Assembly: GCF_036365525.1 (NCBI RefSeq)
Contig: NW_027142006.1
Span: forward strand, 3,472,001 to 3,536,000
DNA from: Heterodontus francisci
Lineage: Eukaryota
DNA length: 64,000 nucleotides
Reading direction: 5' to 3'
The notes below the pieces were generated by a model that saw only the letters and a program-made list of their open reading frames with translations, was not told the DNA's origin and searched no databases. The translations under genes were made by a program, and so were the position numbers. Shown here piece by piece: positions 13,700 through 29,113 of the stretch (position 1 is the first letter of the stretch; every line of letters begins with the position of its first letter).

Positions 13700-14100
13700 T
13701 GGAGGTTTTAGTGGTTGTGGTACAGGATTAATCCAGAAGTCTCGACTAATGATTCAGACACATGAGTTTAAATTCCACTACAGCAGCTGGGTAATTTAAA
13801 TTCAGTTAATTAAATAAATCTGGAATAAAAAAAATCTAGTCTCAGCACTGGTGACCCTGGAGCTACTGGATTGCTGTCAAAAAATCCATCAGATTCATGA
13901 ATGTCCTTGAGAGAAGGAAATCTGCCATTCTGACCCAGTCTGAAGTATAAGTGATTCCAGGCCCACAGCAATGTGATTGAATCTTAACTGTCCTCTGAAA
14001 TGGCCCAGCAAACCACTCAGCTGTCTTGAACGTGTAATTAGGGATGGGCAATAAATGCTGACCTTGCCAGTGACACTAACATCCTGTGAATTAATAAACA
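13700..14100 (+). mobile_element. Deu-domain-like SINE
   Basis: Same core as 7611-7945, ending with the LINE-shared tail aattagggatgggcaataaatgctg. Confidence 0.7.
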
Positions 14101-14804
14101 AGCATTATCAGACTTAGAGATAACATTATCTATTCCATTGGAACCGGCTGAAGTACAGATAACATAGCACTCCAAAAATCTATAGTGTTAGAGTGAAAGA
14201 TACTGTCTCAATTATTGATTGCAGCCTGAGCTCCACATTACATACCAATCTAAAATCGCATACAGTTTCAGACTGAGATACAATATTTATTCCATGACTG
14301 CAACAGAACTACATGTTCCACATTATTGAATAAGCCTGAGCTCCTTTCTCTGGAAAGAAGGAGGCTCAGTGTTCAGGCTAATAGAAGCATTGGCTATGAA
14401 AGGATTTGATAGGGTAGAGGTAGAGATTTTTCACACTTGTGGGAAAAGTTGTGAATAGGAAATAGTCAGTAATAAATCAAATAAATAATTCAGGAGAAAC
14501 TTCTTCACCCTGCTTTGACCGTGGTTAGAATCTGTAACATGCCACCACATGCAGCAGTTGAGTTCATGAACATTGCGACATTTAACAGCAAGTTAAATGA
14601 TTATATGAGGCAGAAAAGATTTGAGGGGTTTGCTGATCAGATTAGATGAAGTAGAGTTGGAGGAGGCTCATGTGGAAATGCAAAATCTTGGGCACAATAG
14701 CCTGTCTCTTTGCTGTAAATTCTATGTAATTCTGTGTAGAATGAATTCAGAACAGCAAGACATCCCAGAGATTAATGGTTGCGGACTATATCCCATAAAC
14801 AGAA

Positions 14805-15510
14805 TCCCAGAGACTTACAGATACTGAACGAAACCCACACTCACAGGCAGTACCAGAGACTGACAGATACTGAAAAAACCCACACTCACAGGCAGTACCA
14901 GAGACTGACAGATACTGAACAAAACCCACATTCACAGGCAGTACCAGAGACTGACAGATACTGAATGAAACCCACATTCACAGGCAGTACCAGAGACTGA
15001 CAGATACTGAATGAAACCCACATTCACAGGCAGTACCATGGACTGACAGATACTGAACAAAACCCACATTCACAGGCAGTACCAGAGACTGACAGATACT
15101 GAATGAAACCCACACTCACAGGCTGTAGCAGAGACTGACAGATACTGAATGAAACCCACACTCACAGGCTGCAGCAGAGACTGACAGATACTGAACGAAA
15201 CCCACACTCACAGGCAGTACCAGAGACTGACAGATACTGAAAACACCCACATTCACAGGCAGTACCAGAGACTGACAGATACTGAATGAAACCCACATTC
15301 ACAGGCAGTACCAGAGACTGACAGATACTGAATGAAACCCACATTCACAGGCAGTACCAGAGACTGACAGATACTGAATGAAACCCACATTCACAGGCAG
15401 TACCAGAGACTGACAGATACTGAATGAAACCCACATGCACAGGCCACACCAGAGATTGACAGATACTGAATGAAAGCCACACTCATACACAGGACGAGAG
15501 ACTGATACTG
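14805..15510 (+). repeat. Homogeneous 46-bp tandem repeat, ~15 copies
   Basis: Unit cagtaccagagactgacagatactgaatgaaacccacattcacagg. The word cagtacc recurs at 14893, 14939, 14985 and 15031 (46-bp period). Confidence 0.95.
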
Positions 15511-15924
15511 AATGAGTCCCAGATTCAAAAAGCTACAGTGGCTGAGAATTACAACAATATTCCTACACTCACATACTGTACCAGTAACTTAAAGATACAG
15601 AATGAATCGCACACTCAAATAGCATACATGAGACTGAGATACAGAATGAGTCTACACCAACACACAGTACTGACAGATACAGACTGGATCATAAAGTCAC
15701 ATACAGCAACAGAGACCTATTAGCACAGTATGAATCAGTCACATATAGGACTAGAATATGACTGACTGGAGCATGAATCCCATACTCCCACTCAGTAACC
15801 AAGACTGACAGTTAGCCGCATATAAAGAATGATTCGCATTCTCATGTACGGGACAACAGGCTGGCTGATGTGGCACAATGGTACAATTAATGTTTGGACA
15901 AACTCAGTGCAATAATGGCTATCT

Positions 15925-18900
15925 GTAGGACCTCAGAGGTAGTAATCTCAGGATTGCTACCAGTGCCACGTGATAGTCAGAGTAGAAATGAAAGAATAGT
16001 CAGGATGAATGCGTGGCTTGAGAGATGGTGCAGGAGTGAGGGGTTCAAATTTTTGGGACATTGGGACCGGTTCTGGGGGAGGTGGGACTATTACAAATTG
16101 GACGGTCTACACCTGGGCCGGACTGGAATCAATGTCCTTCGGGGTGCTTTTGCTAACGCTGTTGGGGAGGGTTTAAACTAATGTGGCAGGGGGATGGGAA
16201 CCAAATGAGGAGGTCAGTGGACAGTAAGGAGGTAGTAACTAAAGCCTGTAAGGAACCAGATAATGAAGTCAGCGTGACAAAGGGAAAGAGTAGGCAGGGA
16301 GCAGATGATGTACGCAAAGGGACTGGTGGTCTGAGGTGTATTTGTTTTAATGCAAGAAGTGTAGTAGGTACGGCAGATGAACTTAGGGCTTGGATTACTA
16401 CCTGGGAGAATGATGTTATTGCTATTACTGAGACTTGGTTGAGGGAAGGGCACGATTGGCAACTAAATATCCCAGGATATCGATGCTTCAGGAGGGATAG
16501 AGAGGGAGGTAAAAGGGGTGGAGGAGTTGCATTACTGGTCAAAGAGGATATCACAGCTTGTGCTGAAGGAGGGCACTATGGAGGACTCGAGCAGTGAGGC
16601 AATATGGGCAGAACTCAGAAATAGGAAGGGTGCGGTAAGAATGTTGGGGCTGTACTATAGGCCTCCCAACAGCGAGCGTGAGATAGAGGTACAAATATGT
16701 AAACAGATTATGGAAAGATGTAGGAGCAACAGGGTGGTGGTGATAGGAGATTTTAATTTTCCCAACATTGACTGGGATTCACTTAGTGTTAGAGGTCTAG
16801 ATGGAGCAGAATTTGTAAGGAGCATCCAGGAGGGTTTTCTCGAGCAGTATGTAAATAGTCCAACTCGGGAAGGGGCCATACTGGACCTGGTGTTGGGGAA
16901 TGAGCCCGGCCAGGTGGTTGAAGTTTTAGTAGGGGACTACTTTGGGAATAGTGATCACAATTCCATAAGTTTTAGAATACTCATGGACAAAGACGAGAGT
17001 GGTCCTAAAGGAAGAGTGCTAAATTGGGGGAAGGCCAACTATACCAAAATTCGGCAGGAGCTGGGGAATGTAGATTGGGAGCAGCTGTTTGAAGGTAAAT
17101 CCACATTTGATATGTGGGAGGCCTTTAAAGAGAGGTTGATTAGTGTGCAGGAGAGACATGTTCCTGTGAAAATGAGGGGTAGAAATGGCAAGATTAGGGA
17201 ACCATGGATGACAGGTGAAATTGTGAGACTAGCTAAGAGGGAAAAGGAAGCATACATAAGGTCTAGGCGGCTGAAGAAAGACGAAGCTTTGGAAGAATAT
17301 CGGGAATGTAGGACCAATCTGAAACGAGGAATTAAGAGGGCTAAAAGGGGTCATGAAATATCTTTGGCAAACAGGGTTAAGGAAAATCCCAAAGCTTTTT
17401 ATTCATATCTAAGGAGCAAGAGGGTAACTAGAGAAAGGATTGGCCCACTCAAGGACAAAGGAAGAACGCTTTGCGTGGAGTCAGAGAAAATGGGTGAGAT
17501 TTTAAATGAGTACTTTGCATCGGTATTCACCGAGGAGAGGGACATGACGGATGTTGAGGTTAGGGACAGATGTTTGATTACTCTAGGTCAAGTCGGCATA
17601 AGGAGGGAGGAAGTGTTGGGTATTCTAAAAGGCATTAAGGTGGACAAGTCCCCAGGTCCGGATGGGATCTATCCCAGGTTTCTGAGGGAAGCGAGAGAGG
17701 AAATAGCTGGGGCCTTAACAGATATCTTTGCAGCATCCTTAAACACGGATGATGTCCCGGAGGACTGGAGAATTGCTAATGTTGTCCCCTTGTTTAAGAA
17801 GGGTAGCAGGGAAAATCCAGGTAATTATAGACCTGGGAGCCTGATGTCAGTGGTAGGGAAGCTGCTGGAGAAGATACTGAGGGATAGGATCTATTCCCAT
17901 TTGGAAGAAAATGGGCTTATCAGTGAAAGGCAACATGGTTTTGTGCAGGGAAGGTCATGTCTTACCAACTTAATAGAATTCTTTGAGGAAGTGACAAAGT
18001 TGATTGATGAGGGAAGGGCTGTAGATGTCATATACATGGACTTCAGTAAGGCGTTTGATAAGGTTCCCCATGGTAGGCTGATGGAGAAAGTGAAGTCGCA
18101 TGGGGTCCAAGGTGTACTAGCCAGATGGATAAAGAACTGGCTGGGCAACAGGAGACAGAGAGTAGTAGTGGAAGGGAGTTTCTCAAAATGGAGAAGTGTG
18201 ACCAGTGGTGTTCCACAGGGATCCGTGCTGGGACCGCTGTTGTTTGTGATATACATAAATGATTTGGAGGAAAGTATAGGTGGTCTGACTAGCAAGTTTG
18301 CAGACGACACTAAGATTGGTGGAGGAGCAGATAGTGAAGGGGACTGTCAGAGAATACAGCAGATTGTAGATAGATTGGAAAGTTGGGCAGGGAAATGGCA
18401 GATGGAGTTCAATCAGGGCAAATGCGAGGTGATGCATTTTGGAAGATCCAATTCAAGAGTGCACTATACAGTAAATGGAAAAGTCCTGGGGAAAATTGAT
18501 GTCCAGAGAGATTTGGGTGTTCAGGTCCATTGTTCCTTGAAGGTGGCAGCGCAGGTCAATAGAGTGGTCAAGAACGCACACGGCATGCTTTCCTTCATCG
18601 GACGGGGTATTGAGTACAAGAGTTGGCAGGTCATGTTACAGTTGTATAAGACTTTGGTTCGGCCACATTTGGAATACTGCATGCAGTTCTGGTCGCCACA
18701 TTACCAAAAGGATGTAGATGCTTTGGAGAGGATGCAGAGGAGGTTCACCAGGATGTTGCCTGGTATGGAGGGCGCTAGCTATGAAGAGAGGTTGAGTAGA
18801 TTAGGATTATTTTCATTAGAAAGACGGAGGTTGAGGGGGGACCTGATTGAGGTGTACAAAATCATGAGAGGTATAGACAGGGTTGATAGCAAGAAGCTTT

Positions 18901-19212
18901 TTCCCAGAGTGGGGGATTCAATTACTAGGGGTCACGAGTTCAAAGTGAGAGGGAAAAGTTTAGGGGGGATATGCATGGAAAGTTCTTTACGCAGAGGGTG
19001 GTGGGTGCCTGGAACACGTTGCCAGCGGAAGTGGTAGACGCGGGCACGATAGCGTCTTTTAAGATGTATCTAGACAGATACATGAATGGGCAGGAAGCAA
19101 AGAGATACAGACCCTTAGAAAATAGGCGACATGTTAAGAAAGAGGATCTGGATCGGCGCAGGCTTGGAGGGCCGAAGGGCCTGTTCCTGTTCTGTAATTT
19201 TCTTTGTTCTTT
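15925..19212 (+). mobile_element. Young CR1-clade LINE (HER1-like): end of ORF1 (SGNH esterase) plus near-complete ORF2 (APE endonuclease + RT)
   Basis: ORF1 end VVISGLLPVP...DGLHL. ORF2 from 16181: CFNARS, IAITETWL, YYRPP, GDFNFP, SDH, YMDFSKAFDKVPH, KFADDTK. Two single-base frameshifts (~16558, ~18952) and a tctttgt-type tail. Confidence 0.95.
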
Positions 19213-19689
19213 GTCTCCATTCCCAATATTTCTAAGTTCCACCTGTCCAACATAAGCTGAACAATCATTGAATGTTGTGACTGACGGTCTGATCTGTAAA
19301 CTGCACTGCATCACAGATTGCTGACATTTGCTAGCTGAAAGTGAGAACTGTAACATAGGAGAAGAAATTTACACAGTCTGTCAAGGTTAAAGATGCAGGT
19401 AATGTGAGGTAATAGATTTTGTCTGTAAGTGCTGCACTCATATTGCTTCATATTTTTATATTGAAAATAAAGGTAATTGATTCTTATTTTTAAAAATTGC
19501 CTTAATTGATTAGATATTTGTAAATGTGCCCTGTTATATTTTACACTAAATTGAGCAGTATTTCTGTCTGATATTTTAGGATACTATTTACATCACTTCA
19601 AACAAAGAAAACATAACTACACAAAGAACTGAGCACAACGCTGAAAGTTTCACAGCAAACAGTCAAAAGGGAAAGTGATGAAATACAAA

Positions 19690-19885
19690 AAAAAACTAAA
19701 ATACTGAAAACACTCAGCCAGTCCAGAAACAACTGTGGAGAAGAGAAGCTCAGGTTAATGGTCCAGTTCTGTGACCCTTCTATAGACCTGAAACGTTGCT
19801 CCTGCCTTCCTCTCTCCATAGATACTGCTGGAACTGCTGAGTGTTTCCAGAATCTTCTGTTATTCAGATTTCCAGCAAGTTTCTC
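19690..19885. mobile_element. Short Penelope-derived inverted-terminal element
   Basis: Degenerate copy of the hairpin element at 34497-34718 (actcagc...tgtggaga / tctccatagatactgctgg...ctgctgagt). Confidence 0.55.
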
Positions 19886-19919
19886 TTTTTGAAGAATGAA
19901 ATATTCCCTGGGAAGGAAT

Positions 19920-21094
19920 TGTAAGATTTTGGTTCGGTCTTCACAGACACACAAAGAAGGGGACCGAGCTCATAATGTGATTTTAAAATAGTTTATTAAG
20001 AAGCAACAGTTTAATGTAATATTAAGAAGTATCAGTTTAAATATGAACAGTTTAAATATGATGATGCGTAAGCTAAATAGATGAATTAGAGGTACGACCC
20101 ATAACAGATTGAATGGATTACACATCCGGATCATACAGTGGGGAAGAACAGTGTTGACAGTCTCCCTGACGATGAAGCAGGCGAGGTGTTGCTGTTGGTG
20201 TCCTCAGTCTTCTTCAGCCAACCAAAGTGTTAGGCCAAAGTCTAACACTCAGCTGAAGCCGAGCTTTGGGAAGCTCTCCTGTCTGAATAAGACTGACTAT
20301 TTCCCTGTCGAGCACCTGTTTATATACTTTATTTCTCGGGACTGGTACCCTATGTCAATCATTTGTTCAAACACTTCTAACCAATGAATACAGGACAGGT
20401 AACTGAAGTATCAGGGTGACCACACCCCCCCCCCAACTTTGTCCATCACTTTTGCTCAAGGTCATCTTTCAGTATATCTTATACTGGAGCCCATTTTTAG
20501 CTTTCACTAGACACTTGTACTGATAACAGGGTACACAAAGTGCAAGAAGACTCCATCTATCAGTTCAGGAATGTCTATGGTGTCCAGTGGCTTCTATTAT
20601 GACCACCTCAGGAACAGCATACTCCTCAGCCCCTATCTTTGTTTATACCAGTGCTGACCCTCGCTGCTAAGAACTGCTTTTCTATGGGTGGCCTCATGCT
20701 CTGTCTGCTACTTTTATTTATTTAGAGATACAGCACTGAAGCAGGCCCTTCGGCCCACTGAGTCTGTGCTGACCATCAACTACCCATTTATACTAATCCT
20801 ATATTCCTACCACATCCCCACACCTATACTAGGGGCAATTTATAATGGCCAATTTACCTATCAACCTGAAAGTCTTTGGCTGTGGGTGGAAACCGGAGCA
20901 CCCAGCGAAAATCCACATGGTCGCAGGGAGAACTTGCAAACTCCGTACAGGCAGTACCCAGATTCGAACCGGGGTCGCTGCAGCTGTGAAGCTGCAGTGC
21001 TAACCACTGCGCCAATGTGCCGCTATAATATATTGCTATAAGCATTCGACATTATTATGAGAAGAACCAGTTATTAAAGGTCCCATTTCTTACA
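19920..21094 (-). mobile_element. Solo LTR with nested SINE
   Basis: Begins TGTAAGA and ends TCTTACA, with a 4-bp TSD gaat (19916-19919, 21095-21098). Minus-strand TATATAAA (~20320) and AATAAA (~19995). Confidence 0.8.
20712..21021 (-). mobile_element. V-domain tRNA-SINE inside solo LTR
   Basis: Same family as 761-1118. Confidence 0.85.
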
Positions 21095-21099
21095 GAATG

Positions 21100-21495
21100 G
21101 AACTTTGCATAAGAAGGAGGATTAGGCCACTCGGCCCTTCGAAATAGCTCTGCCATTCGATAAGATTAGGGCTGATCCCTTGATCACCTAAGTGTCCAAA
21201 AACCTATTAATCTCTCTCTTGAATATACGCAATGATTGAGCATCCACAGCTCTCTCAGGAAGAGAATTCCAAAGATTAACAACCATTAGAGTGAAAAAAA
21301 ATCTCTTCTCAGTCCTGAATGACTGAGCCCTTCAGACTGAGACTATGAGCCTTTGTTCTGGGTTTGCCAGCCAGAGGAAACAGCCTCCCAGAATCTATTG
21401 TGTCAAACCACTTAAGATTTTTATTTGTCAGTACGATTACTTGTCATTCTTCTACATTCTGGGGAATTCTAGCATAGTCTACTCGAGCTTTTCTC
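21100..21495 (-). mobile_element. Old CR1 3' fragment
   Basis: Reverse complement resembles CR1 3' ends (ggaattctcttcc..., tcgaagggccgagtggcctaatcct). Confidence 0.6.
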
Positions 21496-22956
<1,461 letters not shown>

Positions 22957-22986
22957 AGCGGCCAAAATGTCATCCAATAACCCAAA

Positions 22987-23002
22987 GGCTCTTTTCAGAG
23001 CC
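22987..23002 (+). terminator. Histone 3' stem-loop (HDE-like aaagggctg downstream)
   Basis: Canonical ggctcttttcagagcc. Confidence 0.95.
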
Positions 23003-23439
23003 ACCGACAGTCTCTGTGAAAGGGCTGGTTACTGTCAGGAGGGAGTCAGTGATGGAGTTATTGTAACAGTGGATTGACCTGTTTCACATCTGTCCAGGTG
23101 TGTTTTCCGTTCCCTCTCTGGATTGCGCTCTGTTTCTCTCCTCACACATCCCCCTGTACCCACCCACCCCCAGTTAAATGAAGAACTGAACTACAGGGTG
23201 TCCATCAACAATTTAATAAATGCTGCCACCTTCAATTTCATAAATTCGGAGACCCTCCTGGTGCATTAATGATAAGTGGTTTGGCGCTGATTAATTAATT
23301 TAATAATGACAGTATCTGGGTCAATTCTGGTCTGTTTTTCATTTAGACAGTTTGAATTCTGTTCTTTTTTTCCTCCGGTGATCTGAGCGCCGCTTCTCAC
23401 TGAGAATCTGCTCATGGAACAGAGTGAGTGCAGAGTAAG

Positions 23440-26240
23440 AGAAGGAACTTGAAACAATCCCTATCGCTAGAAAAAATGTAGTTGGAAAACTAATGGGACT
23501 AAAGACTGACAGATCCCCTGGACCTGATGGCCTGCATCCTAGAGTTTAAAAGAAATGGCTACAGTGGATGCATTGGTTGTAATCTTAAATTCCCGAGATT
23601 CTGGAACAGTCCCAGTGGATATTAAAACCGCAAATGTGAAACCCCTATTCAAAAAGCAGGTAATGATAGGCCTGCTAGCCTAATGTCTGTCATTGGGAAA
23701 ATGCTGAAATCCATGATTAAGTAAGTGGTAGCAGAACATTCAGAAAATTAATGTACAATCATGCAGAGTCAACATGGATTTATGAAAAAGAAATCATATT
23801 TGACAAAATTATTTTTGAGGATGTAACAAGCAGGGTATATGAAGGGGAACCAGTAGATGTAGTGATCTGCTCTGATGATGCTACCTTCCATGACAGCACT
23901 TCTGATATGTCTTCCTTTTTCCTCAACAGAGGATCCCCCCCACCGTGGTTGACAGGGCCCATTTCCCGCACCTCTATCCTCACCCCTTCCCCTTCCTCCC
24001 AGAACCGTGACAGGGTTCCCCTTGTCCTCACTTTCCACCCCATCAGCCTCCATATCCAAAGGATCATCCTCCGCCATTTCCGCCACCTCCAGCATGATGC
24101 CACTACCGAACGCATCTTCCCCTCCCTTCCCCTGTCAGCATTCTGAAGGGATCTTTCCCTCCGCCACACCCTGGTCCACTCCTCCATTACCCCCACCACC
24201 TCGTCCCCTTCCCATGGCACCTTCCTCTGCAATCGCAGGAGGTGTAATACCTGCCCATTTACCTCCTCTCTCCTCACTATCCCAGGCCCCAAACACTCCT
24301 TTCAGGTTAAGCAGCAACTTATTTGTACTTCTTTCAACGTAGTATACTGTATTTGCTGCTCACAATGTGGTCTCCTCTACATTGAGGAGACCAAACGCAG
24401 ACTGGATGACCGCTTTGCGAAACACCTCCGCTCAGTCCGCAAGCAGGACCCTGAGCTTCCGGTCGCTTGCCATTTCAACACTCCCCCTTGCTCTCATGCT
24501 CACATCTCTATCATGGGCTTGCTGCAGTGTTCCGGTGAACATCAACGAAAGCTCGAGGAACAGCATCTCATTTACCAATTAGGCACACTACAGCCTGCCG
24601 GACTGAACATTGAGTTCAATAATTTCATTGCATGACAGCCCCCCATTTTACTTTCATTTTTAGTTATTTTTTCTTTTTACATTTTTTTGTATGTTTATTT
24701 TATTTCATCTTAGTCTGTTCAATTGGCTTACCCACTGTTTTTTTTTTATGTCTGTACTTGCTGCTATTCAATTTTCAGTCCGTTAACACCCTATCTGTAA
24801 TAATGCTTTGGCTTTCAACACATCATTAACATATTGTTTGCCTTTGCTCCATGACCTTCTGGTCAGTTATTCTCTGTGACCTTGTCCTATCTACACCTTC
24901 TCCTTTCTTATCTCTTGCCCCACCCCCGCTTTACTTGCTTAGAACCTTTGACATTTCTAATATTTGCCAGTTCCAAAGACGTGTCACTGACCCGAAACGT
25001 TAACTCTGCTTCTCTTTCCACAGATGCTGCCAGACCTGCTGAGTATTTCCAGCATTTCCTGTTTTTATATCAGTAGATGTTGTTTATTTGGAGTTTAAAA
25101 GGTGTTCGATAAAGTGCCATGTAAAAGACACAAGATAAGAGCTCATGGTGTTCAGGTGTAATATATTAGCATGGATAGAGGATTGGCTACCTAACAAGAA
25201 ACAGGGAATTGGGTTCAATGGGTCATTTTTCAGTTTGGCAAACTAACTAATGGTGTGCCACAGGGATCGGTGTTGGGGTCTCAACCACTTACAATCTATA
25301 ATTACTGGCTTAGATGAAGGGATCGAGTGTATTGTAACCAAATTTGCTGGTGATACAAATATAGGTGGGAAAGTTGTGAGGAGGCCACAAAGAGTTTGCA
25401 AAGGGATAAAGGCAGGTTAAGTGTGTGGACAAAAATTTGGCAATGAAGTATAATGTGGGAAAATGTGAGGTTATCCACTTTGGTATGATGTGAAGAAAAG
25501 CAGAATATTATTTAAATAGAGAGAGACTGCAGAATGCTGTGGTACAGAGAATCAGGGGATCCTTGTATATGAATCACAAAATGTTAGCATGAAAGTACAG
25601 CAAGTAATTAGGAAGGCAAATGGAATGTTGGCCTTTATTCCAAGGGGGATGGGGTAGAAATGTGCAAGTTGTTGGTTCGACCACACCTTGAGTGTTGCAT
25701 GCAGTTTTGGTCTCCTTATTTATGGAGAGATATATTTGCATTGGAGGTCGTTCAGGCAAGAACCACTAGGTTGATTTCTGGGATGAAGGTGTTGTGTTAT
25801 GTGGAAAGGTTGACCTGGTTGTGGTGCACTCATTGGAGTTTAGAAGAATGAGAGTCAATCTTATTGAAATACATAAGATTCTGAGGGGGCTTGACAGGGT
25901 ATTTACTGAGATGATGTTTCCCCTCATGAGGGAATCAAGAACTCGGGGGAACAGTTTCAAAATAAGGGGTCTCATTTTCGATGTAGTTGAGGAGGAATAT
26001 CTTCTCTCAAAGGGCTGCTATTCTTTGGAATTCTCTACCCAAGAGGATGGTGGAGACTGGTCATTGAATATATTTAAGGCTGAGTTAGACTGACTTTTGA
26101 TCTACAAGGGAATGAAGGGTTATAGGGGCAGGCAGGATAGTGAAGTTGAGGCCATAATTCGATCTGCCATGATTTTATTGAATGGTGGAGCAGGCTCAAT
26201 TGGTGGAATGGCCTAATCCTGCTCCTAGTTATTATGTTCT
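23440..26240 (+). mobile_element. Degraded CR1 LINE (RT to 3' end) split by a Penelope insertion
   Basis: CR1 RT remnants (GVPQGSVLG-like, RPHLECCMQFWSP) and tail ggaatggcctaatcctgctcct. Confidence 0.85.
23861..25070 (+). mobile_element. Penelope-like element 3' part (GIY-YIG endonuclease) with 10-bp TSD
   Basis: VPLVLTFHP...CNRRRCNTCP...VVYCICCSQCGLLYIEETKRRL GIY-YIG signature. Flanked by cagtagatgt at 23851-23860 and 25071-25080. Confidence 0.88.
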
Positions 26241-27619
26241 TACATAATATTGCCAGGTGGAAATAAAATCCTGACTTATGCATACATCCCTGCTCCAGCA
26301 GGTATTCCCATTCATGGAGCAGTGCAGATGTTGGGTTGTTCCTGGATGTCACTAACTTGTTGTAAAACTACCAAAGAAAACCTGATCAGCAGAAGCTGAG
26401 TGCTGCAGTGGAATCAGACACTGACACTCTTTGTATTACTGATCATCCTTTGTGGTTGGTCATAATGATTATTAATTGAAATATTACATTCATGTTATGC
26501 CGAAAACCACACCTGTCAAAAATGAGACATATTAATTTTGTCGTATGAACTGTTATGGACTTCAAATACCTTGTTTAAAAAGACCACAACAATGGCTGAA
26601 AATATGGCTGCACATTTGCATTCTAAAAGACTAAACAAGACAGTGGGAGTGCTCCCTGATTCAATTAGCCAGATGGGGTTGTCAATGGAGATGATCAAGA
26701 GACATTGAATGTGTAAGATACTGCATTACGCTCCCCCCTCCCCACGCAACCCTCCCCCCACGCACCACCACACTCCACTCTCCCAGCAGACAATCAAACA
26801 ATGCCGGAGAGGCAGAAGTTGTTTCCAATTCAGCCCAACTCAGTACTGCTGAAAGGTAGGTCCATTGATCTCAGTTCAAAATCACACACACTATCAGATT
26901 GAAAGGCACCGGATCAATCTCACAAAAGTGCAGCCTAAGCTACAAATTAAATATGAGGTAGAGCAGCTGATGGAAAGGTACAGAATGAATCCTAAGAATG
27001 TAGACCAGAGTGCAGACTGAGAGACAGATTGCAATGTAGTACAAACATCTCATACAGTATCAAAAGGAAAGTTACAGTATTATGCCAATAAGTGCAGACT
27101 GCACTACACATTACATACCCATCCAATAATCTCTGTAAGAGCTGTAATGAAAGATAGAGTATCAATTCAATGATTCTGATTAGACTGAGCACACCATTTG
27201 TGAGTTTGAAATATATGTCATCATTCACAAATGTGTTCAGAGTTACAGACTAAATACTAGTCCAAAACAAACAGAGATGAGGAGAAATTTCTTTACTCAG
27301 AGGGTTGTTAAACATTAGGAATTCTCTACCCCAGAGAACTGTGGAAGCTCAGTCATTGAGTATGTTTAAAGCAGAGATTGACAGATTTGTAAATATAAAT
27401 GACATAAGGGGATATGAGGATAGTGTGGGAAAAAGGCATTGAAGTGGATGATCAGTCCTGATCCTATTGAATGGCAGAGCATGCTGGGTGTCCTGCTCCT
27501 ATGTTCCATTATCTCTCACACCACAACTCAATAAAACACACAGTTAAAATGAGGCAAATTGTGATACATTATGGCGTTAAACAAATAGTTCTCAATACCA
27601 TCCCTGAGATACATATTAA

Positions 27620-28960
27620 GTACCGGTACAGAGGAATCCTGCACCAGAGTCTCATAGATACAGAATGTACCACACTTGTAGACAATACCAGTAGCTGAGA
27701 GATACAAAATTAATTCCACTTTAACTGACTGTCCCAGAAACAGACACATAAAAAGTGAATTGCAACACACATTAAGTACCAGAGACTGCCAAATGCAGAA
27801 TGAGCTCTGGATGTGCACATGCAGACTGTACCAGAAATTGACTAATACTGAATGGGACCCACACTCATACGTTGTACCAGAGACTAACAGCTAAAGAATA
27901 TATCCAACATTCACTTCCAGTACCAGAAAATAATATATGCATAACAGATATCACTCACATACACGAGCAGAGATTGACAGACAACAGAATGAATCCCACA
28001 ATCTCATTCAGTACCAGATACTAACAGGTACAGAATTACTCCCATACACACTGTACTAGGCACTGAAAGACATAGGAGGAATTGTACATTCACATACAAT
28101 AGCAGACACTGACAGGTACTGTAGGAGTCACATGCTCACAGTGAGTACCAGATACTGTTGAAAAGAGAATTAATCCCACACTTGCATTCATTGCAAGAGA
28201 CTGACAGATACATAAATGATATCAATACTCACATCGGAGACTGACATGCAGAACTTGAACCACACCCATACATAGTACCAAAACCTGAAAGGTATTAAAT
28301 CAATAAAACTATCAGTATCTTACACATTCAATAAAACAGTGTCAAAGACTGACAGAGGTCACTTGCATAGAATAGCAGAGATTTTCATGGACAGAATGCA
28401 TCTTATTTCACATTCAGTCTGGATATTGACCAATACACAATGAATCCTACGATCATACTCAATACCAAGTTCAGACAGACACCATATATATCCCCCACTT
28501 ATTCACAGTATCATAGATTGACAGACACAGAGTGAGTCACAAAATCAATTAATTTCAGAGACCAGCAGATAGAGAATTAATCTCACTCTCACAGAAAGAA
28601 CCAGAGACTGACAAATATACAATGAGACCCAAGCTCACATAAAGTGACAGACACTTAATTAAAACCACACACATACATAATACCTTAGACTTACACATAG
28701 AGAATGAATCAAACAATCACATTCTGACTGTAAGACTGGTGCATACAGAATGAATCACACACTTAAATTTAGTTCCAGACACTGACAGATACAGAATGAT
28801 ATCCACATTCACCCACAGTAGCAGATAAATACAGAAGCTGCCACACATTCACATACAATACTCATGAATGACATACAGAATGAATCACACAATCACATTT
28901 AGTTCCATGGACTGACACTCAAATAATCTCACACTCAGATACAGGACAACAGAGATAGAT
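27620..28960 (+). repeat. Degenerate ~46-bp satellite array
   Basis: Recurrent ccagagactgacagatacagaatgaatc variants. Confidence 0.8.
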
Positions 28961-29113
28961 TTAGAATTAAATTTGCTGTCATATAATGTACCAGAAAGTG
29001 TGACAAAATTAATCTCATACAGTACAAAAGATTGATGGAATTTGTCCCACACTCAATGTAATAGGTTTTAAGTAAGTGAAGTGGGGATGGTGGAGGGGAG
29101 GGGAGGATAGGTG

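Noticed and set aside
14805-15510. Possible CRISPR array
   Set aside because: Head-to-tail repeats with no unique spacers, no cas genes and a vertebrate context.
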